Assembly: GCA_041741375.1 (NCBI GenBank)
Contig: JBGSKF010000116.1
Span: 6,784 to 70,783, forward strand
Direction of reading: 5' to 3'
From: Gemmatimonadales bacterium
GTDB lineage: Bacteria > Gemmatimonadota > Gemmatimonadetes > Gemmatimonadales > GWC2-71-9
Length of the DNA stretch: 64,000 nt
The notes under the pieces are model-generated. The model did no database searches and was not told the origin of the DNA. It worked only from the letters and a program-made list of their open reading frames with translations. The translations under genes and the position numbers were made by a program. Positions 28,083-39,368 of this stretch are shown piece after piece (position 1 is the stretch's first letter; every line of letters begins with the position of its first letter).

Positions 28083-28800
28083 GGTCCTCCAGCAGGGAGC
28101 GGATGGCGGCGATCCCGGTCAGGCCGGGATACCGTGCGGCGAGAGCGTGACGTGACACATCGTGGACCAGGCGGCCTCCGTGGAGGACAAGGATCCGGGT
28201 GGCGAGGAGGTCGACATCCTCGACCAGGTGGGTGGAATACACCAGGAGACGGTTTCCCTCGGCGGGGCAGACCGTCTCCAACAAGCGAACCAGTTCGCCC
28301 CGGACCACCGGGTCGAGTCCGGTGGTCGGTTCGTCGAGGAGGAGAATCGGAGGACGGAACGCCTCCGTGCAACAGAACCCGAGCTTGACCCTCATCCCCC
28401 GGGAAAGGGCGGCGAGCGGCGTGTCCCAGGGGAGGGCCATCCGGGTGCGAAGCTGATCCATCCATTGAGGGTCCCAGGTGGGATAGAATCCCGCCAGGAA
28501 CTCGCTGTGCTCCCGGACCGTCATCCACCCGAACCCGGGCATCTGGTCCGGGAGAAATCCCACACCGTGCCGGTCGGACCGGGCGATGGTGCCCACCGGG
28601 CGACCGCTCCAGTTCACCTCACCCTGATTCTGGGGGAGATGCCCCGCCATTCCCAGCAACATCGTGCTCTTGCCGGCCCCATTGGCGCCGAGCAACGCGA
28701 CACGCTCCCCCGGGGCGAACGCGAGTGTCACGGGGCCCAGGGTGAAGGCCCCGCGGGTGACGGTGAACTGATCGAGGGCGAGAAGGGGGGTGTGTGTCAT
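28045..28800 (-). CDS. ABC transporter ATP-binding protein
   Basis: Start at MTHTPLLALDQF (ATGA overlap with the upstream gene). Walker A GANGAGKST, signature LSRGMRVKL, Walker [14 protein letters not shown]-loop STH. Confidence 0.85.
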   Translation of the reverse strand: MTHTPLLALDQFTVTRGAFTLGPVTLAFAPGERVALLGANGAGKSTMLLGMAGHLPQNQGEVNWSGRPVGTIARSDRHGVGFLPDQMPGFGWMTVREHSEFLAGFYPTWDPQWMDQLRTRMALPWDTPLAALSRGMRVKLGFCCTEAFRPPILLLDEPTTGLDPVVRGELVRLLETVCPAEGNRLLVYSTHLVEDVDLLATRILVLHGGRLVHDVSRHALAARYPGLTGIAAIRSLLEDHDIVPIAPTDPA

Positions 28801-29465
28801 GTGCCAGCCAGGCTCCGAAGAAGACCGACGCCGAGGGAGAGAATCCAGAGCAGGAGGGCCACCGCCACCCCCGCCCGCCGGGACGTATGCGTCACGATGG
28901 GGATCCCCGCACTCAGGAGAAGAAACCACCCCAGATGGAAAAGCGAAAGGTGGGAGACCAACGTCTGCATGAGGGGACCGTCCGGTGTGATCAGGAGATC
29001 GAGTCCCGTCGGGATCAGGAGATCCCGCGGGGAGTGCAGTCGGCCGGGCCCCAGGATCCGGGCCGTCACCGCGATCACCGCCCCCTGGAGGGCCAGGATG
29101 ATCTCACCATAGAGCAGCAGGGAGAAGACGCCCCGGGTTCTCACCGGATGGCCGCCGAGGGTCAGGACACTCCAGACCACCCCGGTGGCCACCCCGGCTC
29201 GGAGGAGGGCCAGGATCGGGGAGAGAAGGCCCAGAATCAGAAACCAGGTGCGCAGGCCGGCCACCACCGCCGGGGGACTCTCCCGGAAGGCGTACGGAAT
29301 GAGAGTTCCGGTGAGGAGGGCGGCGCTGGTGAGCAGAAACGCAACCAGGAGGAGGGGCAGCCCCACGGGCCGGATGGTTCCGATCTCCTCCAGCGTCGGG
29401 GCGCAGAGTTGCGCCTGGCGGCGCCACCAGCCTGGAGGGGGGGGAGGACGATGGACCTCGGTCAT
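28797..29465 (-). CDS. Polytopic membrane protein (Yip1-like, about 5 TM helices)
   Basis: Start at MTEVHRPPPPPGWW (ATGA overlap with the thioredoxin gene). Five hydrophobic helices. The family call is tentative. Confidence 0.55.
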   Translation of the reverse strand: MTEVHRPPPPPGWWRRQAQLCAPTLEEIGTIRPVGLPLLLVAFLLTSAALLTGTLIPYAFRESPPAVVAGLRTWFLILGLLSPILALLRAGVATGVVWSVLTLGGHPVRTRGVFSLLLYGEIILALQGAVIAVTARILGPGRLHSPRDLLIPTGLDLLITPDGPLMQTLVSHLSLFHLGWFLLLSAGIPIVTHTSRRAGVAVALLLWILSLGVGLLRSLAGT

Positions 29466-30055
29466 CGAAGGGCTCCTTCGGGTATGGGTGAGATGGAGGG
29501 GAGAGGTGAGGGATCGTCGAGGAGATGGAGCAGGGAATCGAGTCGGTCCCTCCCCGACACGCCGTAGAACAGATGGGTGACTCCACGAGGGGTCATCACG
29601 GCGATCGCGGGGACGCCTTGCAATCCGAGGTTCCGGGCGATCGCTCCGGTCCGGTCGTGAACGAGGACGCGGGCCAACCGGGGCTGGACAAACCCGGGAT
29701 CCGATCGCCGGGACACCACCACCACCGGAGCACGCTCTGGTGCCCGGCTCACCAGTTCCGTCCAGGTGCGGAGTTCCGCCTTGCACCAGGAACACTGTTC
29801 ATCCACGTAGAGCAGGAGGGTGGGTTGGCGCAGATCCTCGGCGCGCCACATTCCCCCCGAGGCCAGAACCCCGGTGAGGGAATCCGCCGGTAGGGGGACG
29901 GGGAGCTCGGGATCACCAGGGCGCGGTGATCTCCGCGTGAGTGTCCACGCCCCTCCCGCGAGCATGAGACCCAGCACTCCCAGGGCCAGGACCCGGCGAA
30001 GGGTGGAGGGGGCAGGGCCCCCTCCACCGCGTGAGACCAGGGCGTCAGAACGCAC
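29462..30055 (-). CDS. Membrane-anchored thioredoxin-fold thiol:disulfide oxidoreductase (TlpA/ResA-like)
   Basis: GTG start overlaps the 3' end of the small-peptide gene by 11 nt. TM anchor VLALGVLGLMLAGGAW. Active site LLLYVDEQCSWCKAEL. cis-Pro region LQGVPAIAVMTPRG. Confidence 0.7.
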   Translation of the reverse strand: MRSDALVSRGGGGPAPSTLRRVLALGVLGLMLAGGAWTLTRRSPRPGDPELPVPLPADSLTGVLASGGMWRAEDLRQPTLLLYVDEQCSWCKAELRTWTELVSRAPERAPVVVVSRRSDPGFVQPRLARVLVHDRTGAIARNLGLQGVPAIAVMTPRGVTHLFYGVSGRDRLDSLLHLLDDPSPLPSISPIPEGALR

Positions 30056-30329
30056 CGAGGCAGATTCCTCCGCATGCGAACGCGAGCTCGGGGTTGAACA
30101 GCGCGGTCACAACCACGGCGGCGACCGAGGTTCCTCCGCTCAGAAGGAAGCCCAGGCAGAAGAGGCAGACGGCCTTGGCGAAGGGTCCCGCTCCCACGGT
30201 CTCGGGAGCATGCTCCCGTGCGATACCCGGTCTCTCCACGGCTTGGACCGGGGCTGCTGGTCGGGCCGGGGGAGAGGACATTCCGAGAATGAGGGCGAGC
30301 ATCCCGGCCTGCACAACAGTGTGAAGCAT
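30045..30329 (-). CDS. Small hydrophobic Cys-containing peptide B (94 aa), candidate exported peptide precursor
   Basis: GGAGG lies 6 nt upstream of the ATG at 30329. Sequence: MLHTVVQAGMLALILGMSSPPARPAAPVQAVERPGIAREHAPETVGAGPFAKAVCLFCLGFLLSGGTSVAAVVVTALFNPELAFACGGICLGAF. It lies inside the longer track ORF 30045-30536. Confidence 0.55.
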   Translation of the reverse strand: MLHTVVQAGMLALILGMSSPPARPAAPVQAVERPGIAREHAPETVGAGPFAKAVCLFCLGFLLSGGTSVAAVVVTALFNPELAFACGGICLGAF

Positions 30330-30381
30330 GATGAACCTCCTGGATGGAGTGAAGTTATGGTTGGTGGACAAAAGGTGGTAA

Positions 30382-30648
30382 TCATGTGATCGCAGCCCAG
30401 CACATTCCAACGCATCCGGCCACCACCAGGGCGGAGCCTTCGGTGAATGCGGCTGCCAGGACTGCCCCCCATCCTCGCAACCCGAGGATGATCCCTCCGC
30501 CGACGCAACCCAGGCAGCCGAGAACTTCAGGACCACTGCCCTCCACCGATTCCACGGCGGGCGGAGAGGAGGTGGTGTCCTTGGCGGGGAGAGTGGCCAC
30601 GTAGACGGCCAGCGCGAGTGCTATGGCAATGGCCCAGTAGTTCAACAT
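30382..30648 (-). CDS. Small hydrophobic Cys-containing peptide A (88 aa), paralogous in layout to peptide B
   Basis: GGAGG lies 5 nt upstream of the ATG. Sequence: MLNYWAIAIALALAVYVATLPAKDTTSSPPAVESVEGSGPEVLGCLGCVGGGIILGLRGWGAVLAAAFTEGSALVVAGCVGMCWAAIT. Confidence 0.55.
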   Translation of the reverse strand: MLNYWAIAIALALAVYVATLPAKDTTSSPPAVESVEGSGPEVLGCLGCVGGGIILGLRGWGAVLAAAFTEGSALVVAGCVGMCWAAIT

Positions 30649-30659
30649 GTGATCCTCCG

Positions 30660-30782
30660 TCAGCGAGGGGTGGTGGATGTGACCGCAGCGGGCTCATGGA
30701 GAAAGTCCGTGGACCCATCCGGGAGAGTGAGGGCGAGGATGGCCAGATACAGGGCCACCGCGAGTCGCACGAGATCGAACAT
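30660..30782 (-). CDS. 40-aa hydrophobic peptide (below the ORF-track size cut-off)
   Basis: My own translation of the reverse complement: GGAGGttcccATG, then MFDLVRLAVALYLAILALTLPDGSTDFLHEPAAVTSTTPR and a stop. It lies 12 nt after the C39 stop and 11 nt before the RBS/start of peptide A. Confidence 0.4.
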   Translation of the reverse strand: MFDLVRLAVALYLAILALTLPDGSTDFLHEPAAVTSTTPR

Positions 30783-30794
30783 GGGAACCTCCTT

Positions 30795-31496
30795 TCAACG
30801 GGTGAGATCCTCTCCCGGAATGGGAGAGGAGGAGATGCACCCGCGGCATCCTGCGTCGGCGGGGTGCATGACAACGCCGTTCCAACGGCGGGAAAAAAGT
30901 GACCAGGGAAGGAGCTGGCGGCCGCGCAGGGGATCGAGCACATCCACCGAGTCGCCGGGGGTGAGAGCCGCCACCGTGACGAAGTGCCCGGGCCGCATCC
31001 AGACGATGAGTGGAGGGCGATACCGGGCCAGAGCCCGGGGCCCAGCGGCCGGGTTCAGAGCCTTCAGGCCGACCGGTGCGTGGAGTGTGGCAGCCGCCTC
31101 CGCGAGGCGCCCGAGCCGGGTTCCCCGGGGGCCAAGACCGGTCAGGCGGGACAGGCTGTCGAGGGATGGGGAGACCTGTCCGGACAATCGGAGCCAGTTG
31201 GCGAGCGCCGCGGGACCACAGTCAGTCCACCCCTGCTGCCAGATCATGCCGTCCGAGGGAAGGGGGCGGGCGCCGGCCGCGAGGTCGGTGGTGCGGAGGC
31301 TGGATCGCGCACGGGCGAGGATCCGGTCCGGGTGGAGCAGGGGGATGGCCGCTCCAAGCGTGCAGGTTCCGGCCAGGAGCGCCGCTCCCGCGAGTCGCTG
31401 CCACGGGCGAATCGGGGTGCCGAGCGGGGCGGAAGGGGTGCCGTGCTGAGGATCTGAACGAGACAACGTGCCCTCCGGGTGGGCGGCGCAACGCAC
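30795..31496 (-). CDS. Standalone membrane-anchored peptidase C39-like (bacteriocin-processing type) protein
   Basis: Catalytic context IWQQGWTDCGPAALANWLRLSG (Gln/Cys), then RPGHFVTVAAL...VDVLDP (His/Asp). N-terminal hydrophobic segment AGAALLAGTCTLGAAIPLL. The start is uncertain (GTG at 31496; no early ATG). Confidence 0.7.
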   Translation of the reverse strand: MRCAAHPEGTLSRSDPQHGTPSAPLGTPIRPWQRLAGAALLAGTCTLGAAIPLLHPDRILARARSSLRTTDLAAGARPLPSDGMIWQQGWTDCGPAALANWLRLSGQVSPSLDSLSRLTGLGPRGTRLGRLAEAAATLHAPVGLKALNPAAGPRALARYRPPLIVWMRPGHFVTVAALTPGDSVDVLDPLRGRQLLPWSLFSRRWNGVVMHPADAGCRGCISSSPIPGEDLTR

Positions 31497-31612
31497 CGCG
31501 TCAACTCGGGGGCAATGTCACAAAAGAGAGGATGGGGAGCGGGATCCGGGAAACGCGGGGCAGGGCTCTTTCTATGCGGGCCCCCCGGCGGACCAGTCCG
31601 GGGGGCGTCCGG

Positions 31613-33355
31613 TCAGGCTTCCAGGGATTCGAGGCGGCGGAGTCCGAGGCGGAGGGGAATGAGGGTGGCGAGGGCGCAGACCGCGGTGACCAGGAGCAGG
31701 GCGATTCCGATCTCGCCGGTCAGGCCCGGATCCTGGCCGGCCTGGCGGGCCCGGAGCCAGGAGGAGAGGGGAGCGGCCTCGATCACGATGATCGCCGCGA
31801 GCACGCTGATCGCGGTCATCATGAACATCAACCCCCCGAAACTGGTGGGAATCTGGGCCGCATTCTCGGTGTCAAACTGAGGGTAGAGCACGCCGAAACC
31901 CACCGCCATCGCTCCGAGGGCAATCGTGAACGCGATCGTGGTGAACAGGCTGAGACCCAGCATGAACGGGCTGGCACGCAGGAGGATGTTGGTCACCCCG
32001 GTGATCAGGACCGCCAGGACGAGGAGGGGGAGGGTGCCGATCCAGTACTTGCTCCAGAGCATCCCGCGCATGTCCAGAGGGCTGGAGCGCAGGAGCCAGA
32101 GCTGCCGTCCCTCGAGTGAGATCGACGGAAACACAAACCGGGCGGCGATGGCCGCGAGCACGAACCCCGAGAGCCCCAGGTTGAGGAAGGACACCAGCGT
32201 GATCAGGGCGAACGGCACCCGCTCGCCGGTGAACAGGGGAAGGGCCCGGATGTTGAAGATGTAGACGATGAGAAGGACCGCCAACAGAATGAGCTGACTC
32301 CACTGCGTGGTGTCCCGGAAGAAGAGCCGGAGGTCCTTGAGCAGGAACTCCCGCCGGGTGGGCGGGAGCCAGGCGAGGAGTCGCCCGACGATGCGGGACA
32401 TGGTCCGCCCCCGCACGAAGTTCTCCGCCCCCTCCTGCGCCTTGGAAAATCCGGTGAGGTAGAGACGGCGATGCAGGGTGGCACCCATGACCACGAAGGC
32501 CGCCGCGGTGCTCCACAGCACGGCGAGCGGGAGGGGATCGGCCACGCGGAGCAGCCAGTTCATGATGGCCTGGCTGGCCCATTCACTGGGGAGAAATGGA
32601 TTGGTCGGAGCCCGGAGAACCACCAGGAAGTCCACCAGATTGCTGAATCCTTCCGGCCTCACCAGTTGCTCGGGCCGGGCGATCCGGAGGAGGAGAACGA
32701 TGCCACCCACCGCCCCGAGAGCCACCAGGCTCAAAAGATCCCGGGTTCGGCGGGCGGGAAACACGTTGACGAGCACCAGGGTGATCGCCGATCCGACCAC
32801 CGTGGGAAGGATGAGAAAGGGAGCCAGCGAGGCGAAGGCCACGAAGGGAAAGAGCCATCCTCCCCCGTACACGACCCCATACGCGGTCAGGATCGGAAGG
32901 ACGAGCAGGGCCACCATCCACGAGCTGTGCACCAGCGTCTCGGCGAGCTTGGCCAGGTAGACCCGGAGCCAGTCCACCGGGGCCGCGACGAGGGTGTCGA
33001 GGTCCTTGGCCAGAAAGAAGGTGGAGAGGGCGGTCACCAGGTTGGACAGCAGGAGGACGCCGCTGAACGCCAGCAGGATCAGGCCGAGCACCTTCCCCGC
33101 CAGGAGACTTCCGATCTCCTCCACGGTCCGGAAGTAGTGGACCACCCGCCAGGACACGCCGAAAACGGCCGCCCAGAACACGAGGCAGATGAGACCCAGA
33201 ACCACCACGCGGAGGAGGCTTCGATCCTGCCGACCCCGGGCGAGCATGCTCTGCCACTTGGGCACCAGAATGGTCCACAGGTGGGGTTGCTTCGGCGGAG
33301 CAGGTGTCGCGGGCGGAGCCACCGCGTCCGGGAGGGGCACTGTCACGTCAGTCAC
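31613..33355 (-). CDS. Large polytopic permease of the 'putative ABC exporter' type
   Basis: About 580 aa with 10 or more helices, directly downstream of an ABC ATPase. A GTG at 33355 (8-nt overlap with the ATPase stop) is preferred over the track start at 33433. Confidence 0.65.
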   Translation of the reverse strand: MTDVTVPLPDAVAPPATPAPPKQPHLWTILVPKWQSMLARGRQDRSLLRVVVLGLICLVFWAAVFGVSWRVVHYFRTVEEIGSLLAGKVLGLILLAFSGVLLLSNLVTALSTFFLAKDLDTLVAAPVDWLRVYLAKLAETLVHSSWMVALLVLPILTAYGVVYGGGWLFPFVAFASLAPFLILPTVVGSAITLVLVNVFPARRTRDLLSLVALGAVGGIVLLLRIARPEQLVRPEGFSNLVDFLVVLRAPTNPFLPSEWASQAIMNWLLRVADPLPLAVLWSTAAAFVVMGATLHRRLYLTGFSKAQEGAENFVRGRTMSRIVGRLLAWLPPTRREFLLKDLRLFFRDTTQWSQLILLAVLLIVYIFNIRALPLFTGERVPFALITLVSFLNLGLSGFVLAAIAARFVFPSISLEGRQLWLLRSSPLDMRGMLWSKYWIGTLPLLVLAVLITGVTNILLRASPFMLGLSLFTTIAFTIALGAMAVGFGVLYPQFDTENAAQIPTSFGGLMFMMTAISVLAAIIVIEAAPLSSWLRARQAGQDPGLTGEIGIALLLVTAVCALATLIPLRLGLRRLESLEA

Positions 33356-34103
33356 CCAGAATCGCTCCCAGCTCCCGCTCGGTGACCCCGCCGGTGAGCT
33401 TGAGGAAGAGCTGCTCCAGCGAGCCCGTCGCATCGTGCTCCCGGCGAAGCTCCTCCATCGTCCCCTCCGCGATGATGTGCCCGTTCCGGATGATGCCGAT
33501 CCGGTCGCACATCGCCTCGGCGATCTCCAGGGTGTGCGTGCTCATCAGCACGGTACCCCCCAGGCTCGTGAAGTGCCGGAAGATGTCCTTCAGCAGGCGA
33601 CCACTCTTCGGATCAAGTCCCACCATCGGTTCATCCACCACGATCACCTCGGGCTGGTGGACCAGCGCGCTGGAGATGATGAGCTTCTGCCGCATGCCAT
33701 GGCTGTAGGATTCGGTGAGCTCATCCTTCCACCGCGTGAGCTCGAAGAGATCGAGGAGCTCGTCGATCCGGCGCTCCAGCGCCTCCCCCTCCTGGCCGTA
33801 CAGGGCCGCGACGAACCGCATGAACTCGGCCCCGGTCAGCTTGTCATACACGTAGGGCCGGTCCGGGATGAACCCCAGCTTGGCCTTGGCCGCCATCGGG
33901 AACCGCGTGATGTCGAGACCCGCCACCTCGATGCGTCCGCTGGTGGGCTGCAGGATCCCGGCGATCATGCGCATCGTCGTGGTCTTGCCGGCTCCATTGG
34001 GGCCGAGAAAGCCGAAGAGCTGCCCTGCGGGGATGGCGAGATCGATGTGGTCCACCGCGGTGAACGACCCATACTTCTTGGTGAGGTCCGTGATCTGAAT
34101 CAT
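33348..34103 (-). CDS. ABC transporter ATP-binding protein
   Basis: Walker A GPNGAGKTTT, Q-loop, signature YSHGMRQKL, Walker B VIVVDEPMVGLD, H-loop STH. ATGA overlap with the upstream gene. Confidence 0.9.
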   Translation of the reverse strand: MIQITDLTKKYGSFTAVDHIDLAIPAGQLFGFLGPNGAGKTTTMRMIAGILQPTSGRIEVAGLDITRFPMAAKAKLGFIPDRPYVYDKLTGAEFMRFVAALYGQEGEALERRIDELLDLFELTRWKDELTESYSHGMRQKLIISSALVHQPEVIVVDEPMVGLDPKSGRLLKDIFRHFTSLGGTVLMSTHTLEIAEAMCDRIGIIRNGHIIAEGTMEELRREHDATGSLEQLFLKLTGGVTERELGAILGD

Positions 34104-35641
34104 GGAGTGGTCCGGAGAGGGACGATCTCGTGACCCAGCGCGCCCAGGAGGGGAACGAGGTCGGCGGGGCGGCTCCGGCCCCCTTCACGAAACCGGAGCA
34201 GGGCGGGGCTGGCGGGAACGACGCCCGTGGCCGGATCGGCGGCGACCCATCCATCGATCCAGACCTCGGTCCAGGCATGACCCAGGAGTCCGGCGGAGGT
34301 CACCGCCACGCCGGTCACCACCCGCGCCGGAATGTCCAGATGCCGTGCGAGGGTCATGAGCAGCCGGGCCTTTCCATCCGCCCCGGCACGGCCGGCCGAG
34401 AGGACACGCTCCGCCTCCAACGGGGCCTCGAAGGAGGTGTCGGTGGCGATCGCGGTGGAGACATGACGGGCCAAAGCCCGGACCTGTGCCAGGCGGTCCC
34501 GGGTTTGGCCCACCACGCCGAGGGCCAGGGCCCGGAGAGCCGAATCCCCCGCCGCGCCCGGCGAGGGGTAGTGGACCGAATAGCCCACGGGGGACTCCTC
34601 CGCATCGCCGGGTGGGGTGGTGCGCGTGATGTGAAGGACACCCCTTACAAGGCGTTGACGCCCTCCCTCCAGGGACCGGGTGAGGGAGGGGAACATCGGC
34701 ACCAGGGAGCGTCCCCAGGTGATCCCGAGGAGGACCGCCACGGTGTCCCCCGGGGCGAGGGAAGCGCCGGAGCCGAGCCAGGAGCGGCTTCCCGCCGGGT
34801 CGTGGACCACGGGACCGGTCTCCGCAATGTCGCGCTGGTAGTTGTTGCGCGCGATCTCGAACGCCGTGCGCTCCCACGACATCCCGAAGCCGTGCTGGAT
34901 GGCCAGCGGATTGCCCCGATCATCCACCCAGGTTGTCATCGGGAGCCCGTGGGCCGCGTGATCAAGACGCCAGCCACGAATGGTCACTCGGGTGGCGGGG
35001 ATCCAGGTGCCCTGTGGGTCCCGGTCCGCGCTGTCCACCACCACGAACGAGGACTCCGCCGCCACCGTCACCCGGTCGAGGCGGAAGCTCCGGTCCGCGG
35101 GGTCGAACACGAGGCGGGACATCGAGCGTCCGGAGGAGAGTCGGTCGGTGAGCACCATCTGATGAGGTAGGGCGGAGGCGGGAGTAAACGGTTCGGGAGA
35201 GGTGAGGGTCACCGGGGGGCCGGCGGGGGCGTCCATCGGAGCGGCCACCGTGACCACCAGCTCCGAACCGACGGAATCCGTGGTGGCAAAATACCGGGCT
35301 GACTGACCCGCCTGACTCTGCGTGGCCTCCACCGTCTGGACCACCAGGGTACGGCTGAATCCGCTCGACCCCCGGTAGCCCAGACGGATCGGTGTGCCGG
35401 CCACGCGCAGATCGAGGGACAGGGTTTCGTTGAGATGCCAGGTGTGCTCCGTCGTGTCCGCCGAGAGTGACCCGATCCCGGCCTGTCGGGACCCCAGCAT
35501 CACCGTGTAGAACCCGCTGAACGGGGCCAGTCGTTGCCCGGCTGCCTCGAGGTTCTGACGGGAGTTCATGCTGCGCACTCCGAGCCACCCCAGGGAAGCG
35601 GCCCAGGCCAGCAGGATCACGGCTCCGGCGACCTGCCTCAT
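34100..35641 (-). CDS. Membrane-anchored transglutaminase-like domain protein, apparently lacking the catalytic Cys
   Basis: N-terminal TM helix (GAVILLAWAASLGWLGV). C-terminal core GADGKARLLMTLARHLDIPARVVTGVAV...GHAWTEVWIDGWVAADPATG. His and Asp are retained, but the position about 17 residues before IPAR, where Cys is expected, reads G/D. Confidence 0.65.
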   Translation of the reverse strand: MRQVAGAVILLAWAASLGWLGVRSMNSRQNLEAAGQRLAPFSGFYTVMLGSRQAGIGSLSADTTEHTWHLNETLSLDLRVAGTPIRLGYRGSSGFSRTLVVQTVEATQSQAGQSARYFATTDSVGSELVVTVAAPMDAPAGPPVTLTSPEPFTPASALPHQMVLTDRLSSGRSMSRLVFDPADRSFRLDRVTVAAESSFVVVDSADRDPQGTWIPATRVTIRGWRLDHAAHGLPMTTWVDDRGNPLAIQHGFGMSWERTAFEIARNNYQRDIAETGPVVHDPAGSRSWLGSGASLAPGDTVAVLLGITWGRSLVPMFPSLTRSLEGGRQRLVRGVLHITRTTPPGDAEESPVGYSVHYPSPGAAGDSALRALALGVVGQTRDRLAQVRALARHVSTAIATDTSFEAPLEAERVLSAGRAGADGKARLLMTLARHLDIPARVVTGVAVTSAGLLGHAWTEVWIDGWVAADPATGVVPASPALLRFREGGRSRPADLVPLLGALGHEIVPLRTTP

Positions 35642-36426
35642 GGCAGCGACACCTCACGGGCCTTCCGGTACATCGCCATCGCATCCTCCGTCCGTCCGAG
35701 TCGGTCGAGCAAACGGCCCATCTGTTGCCAGATCCGTGCCTCGAGGGGCGAAAGGACCGACGCCCGATGGAACGCCTGCAGGGCCTCGGTGTGCTGCTCG
35801 GCCCGGACCAAGGCCTCCCCCAGGTGGAAATGAACCTCCCCGCGATCGGGCATGAGTTCCGCGGCCCGCCGCAAATGGTCTACCGCCTCGGATCCCCGAC
35901 CACGCCGCAGGGCCGCAATCCCCATCCGAAGCCGGGCCTCCGGGTGATCGGGATGGCGTGCCAGGACCACGCGAAGGTCCGCCTCGGCCATCTCCGGCCG
36001 ACTATCCGCAATGTGCAATGTCGCGCGGGCAATCCGCGCTTCCCCGTGGTCCGGTTCCCGCGCCACGATCCGGTCCAGCTCATCCAGCGCCTCGCGGCGG
36101 TCGCCGTTCGCCTCGAGGCAGGCGGCAAGCCGAAGGCGGCAGAGCTGGTCGTCCGGATCGTCGGCGAGCGTCGTCCGAAGGACATGCAGGGCGTCGAGCC
36201 GGCGGCCCAGACGCATCAACTCCTCGGCGCGCTCCAGGGGGCCCGCATCGGCCGTGGGAGTGGTGGACAGATGGGCCACCGGGACGTTGCTCGCCCCGGG
36301 GTGCAGCGCCCATCCCTCGTCTCCAGACACCTCCAGCAGGTCGCCCTGGAGCGGGAGCGGCATGGAGCCATCGAGGTCCGCAGCCGGGCCGAGCCGGGGC
36401 GCGCGGTCGTTGTGGAGGAAACGCAT
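35638..36426 (-). CDS. TPR-repeat protein
   Basis: Successive 34-residue-type helical repeats (ALHVLRTTLADDPDD, REALDELDRIVAREPDHGEA, AEADLRVVLARHPDHPEA, EAVDHLRRAAELMPDRGEV, EALQAFHRASVLSPLEA). ATGA overlap with the downstream gene. Confidence 0.75.
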   Translation of the reverse strand: MRFLHNDRAPRLGPAADLDGSMPLPLQGDLLEVSGDEGWALHPGASNVPVAHLSTTPTADAGPLERAEELMRLGRRLDALHVLRTTLADDPDDQLCRLRLAACLEANGDRREALDELDRIVAREPDHGEARIARATLHIADSRPEMAEADLRVVLARHPDHPEARLRMGIAALRRGRGSEAVDHLRRAAELMPDRGEVHFHLGEALVRAEQHTEALQAFHRASVLSPLEARIWQQMGRLLDRLGRTEDAMAMYRKAREVSLP

Positions 36427-36503
36427 GAGCCGGAAGATAACGCGGCTCCCCCGTGGGGGCCGCCTTGTTTCCCGGACCGGAATGCCCCTAGCTTTCCAGA
36501 CTT

Positions 36504-39350
<2,847 letters not shown>

Positions 39351-39368
39351 GGGTACCACGGAGCGTCA

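Noticed and set aside
30694-30885. 63-aa minus-strand ORF and the overlapping plus-strand ORFs 30618-30902 and 30649-31449 in the C39/peptide region.
   Set aside because: Their translations are Arg/His/Pro/Gly-rich and they have no RBS. They overlap the better-supported C39 gene and the GGAGG-preceded 40-aa ORF in other frames.
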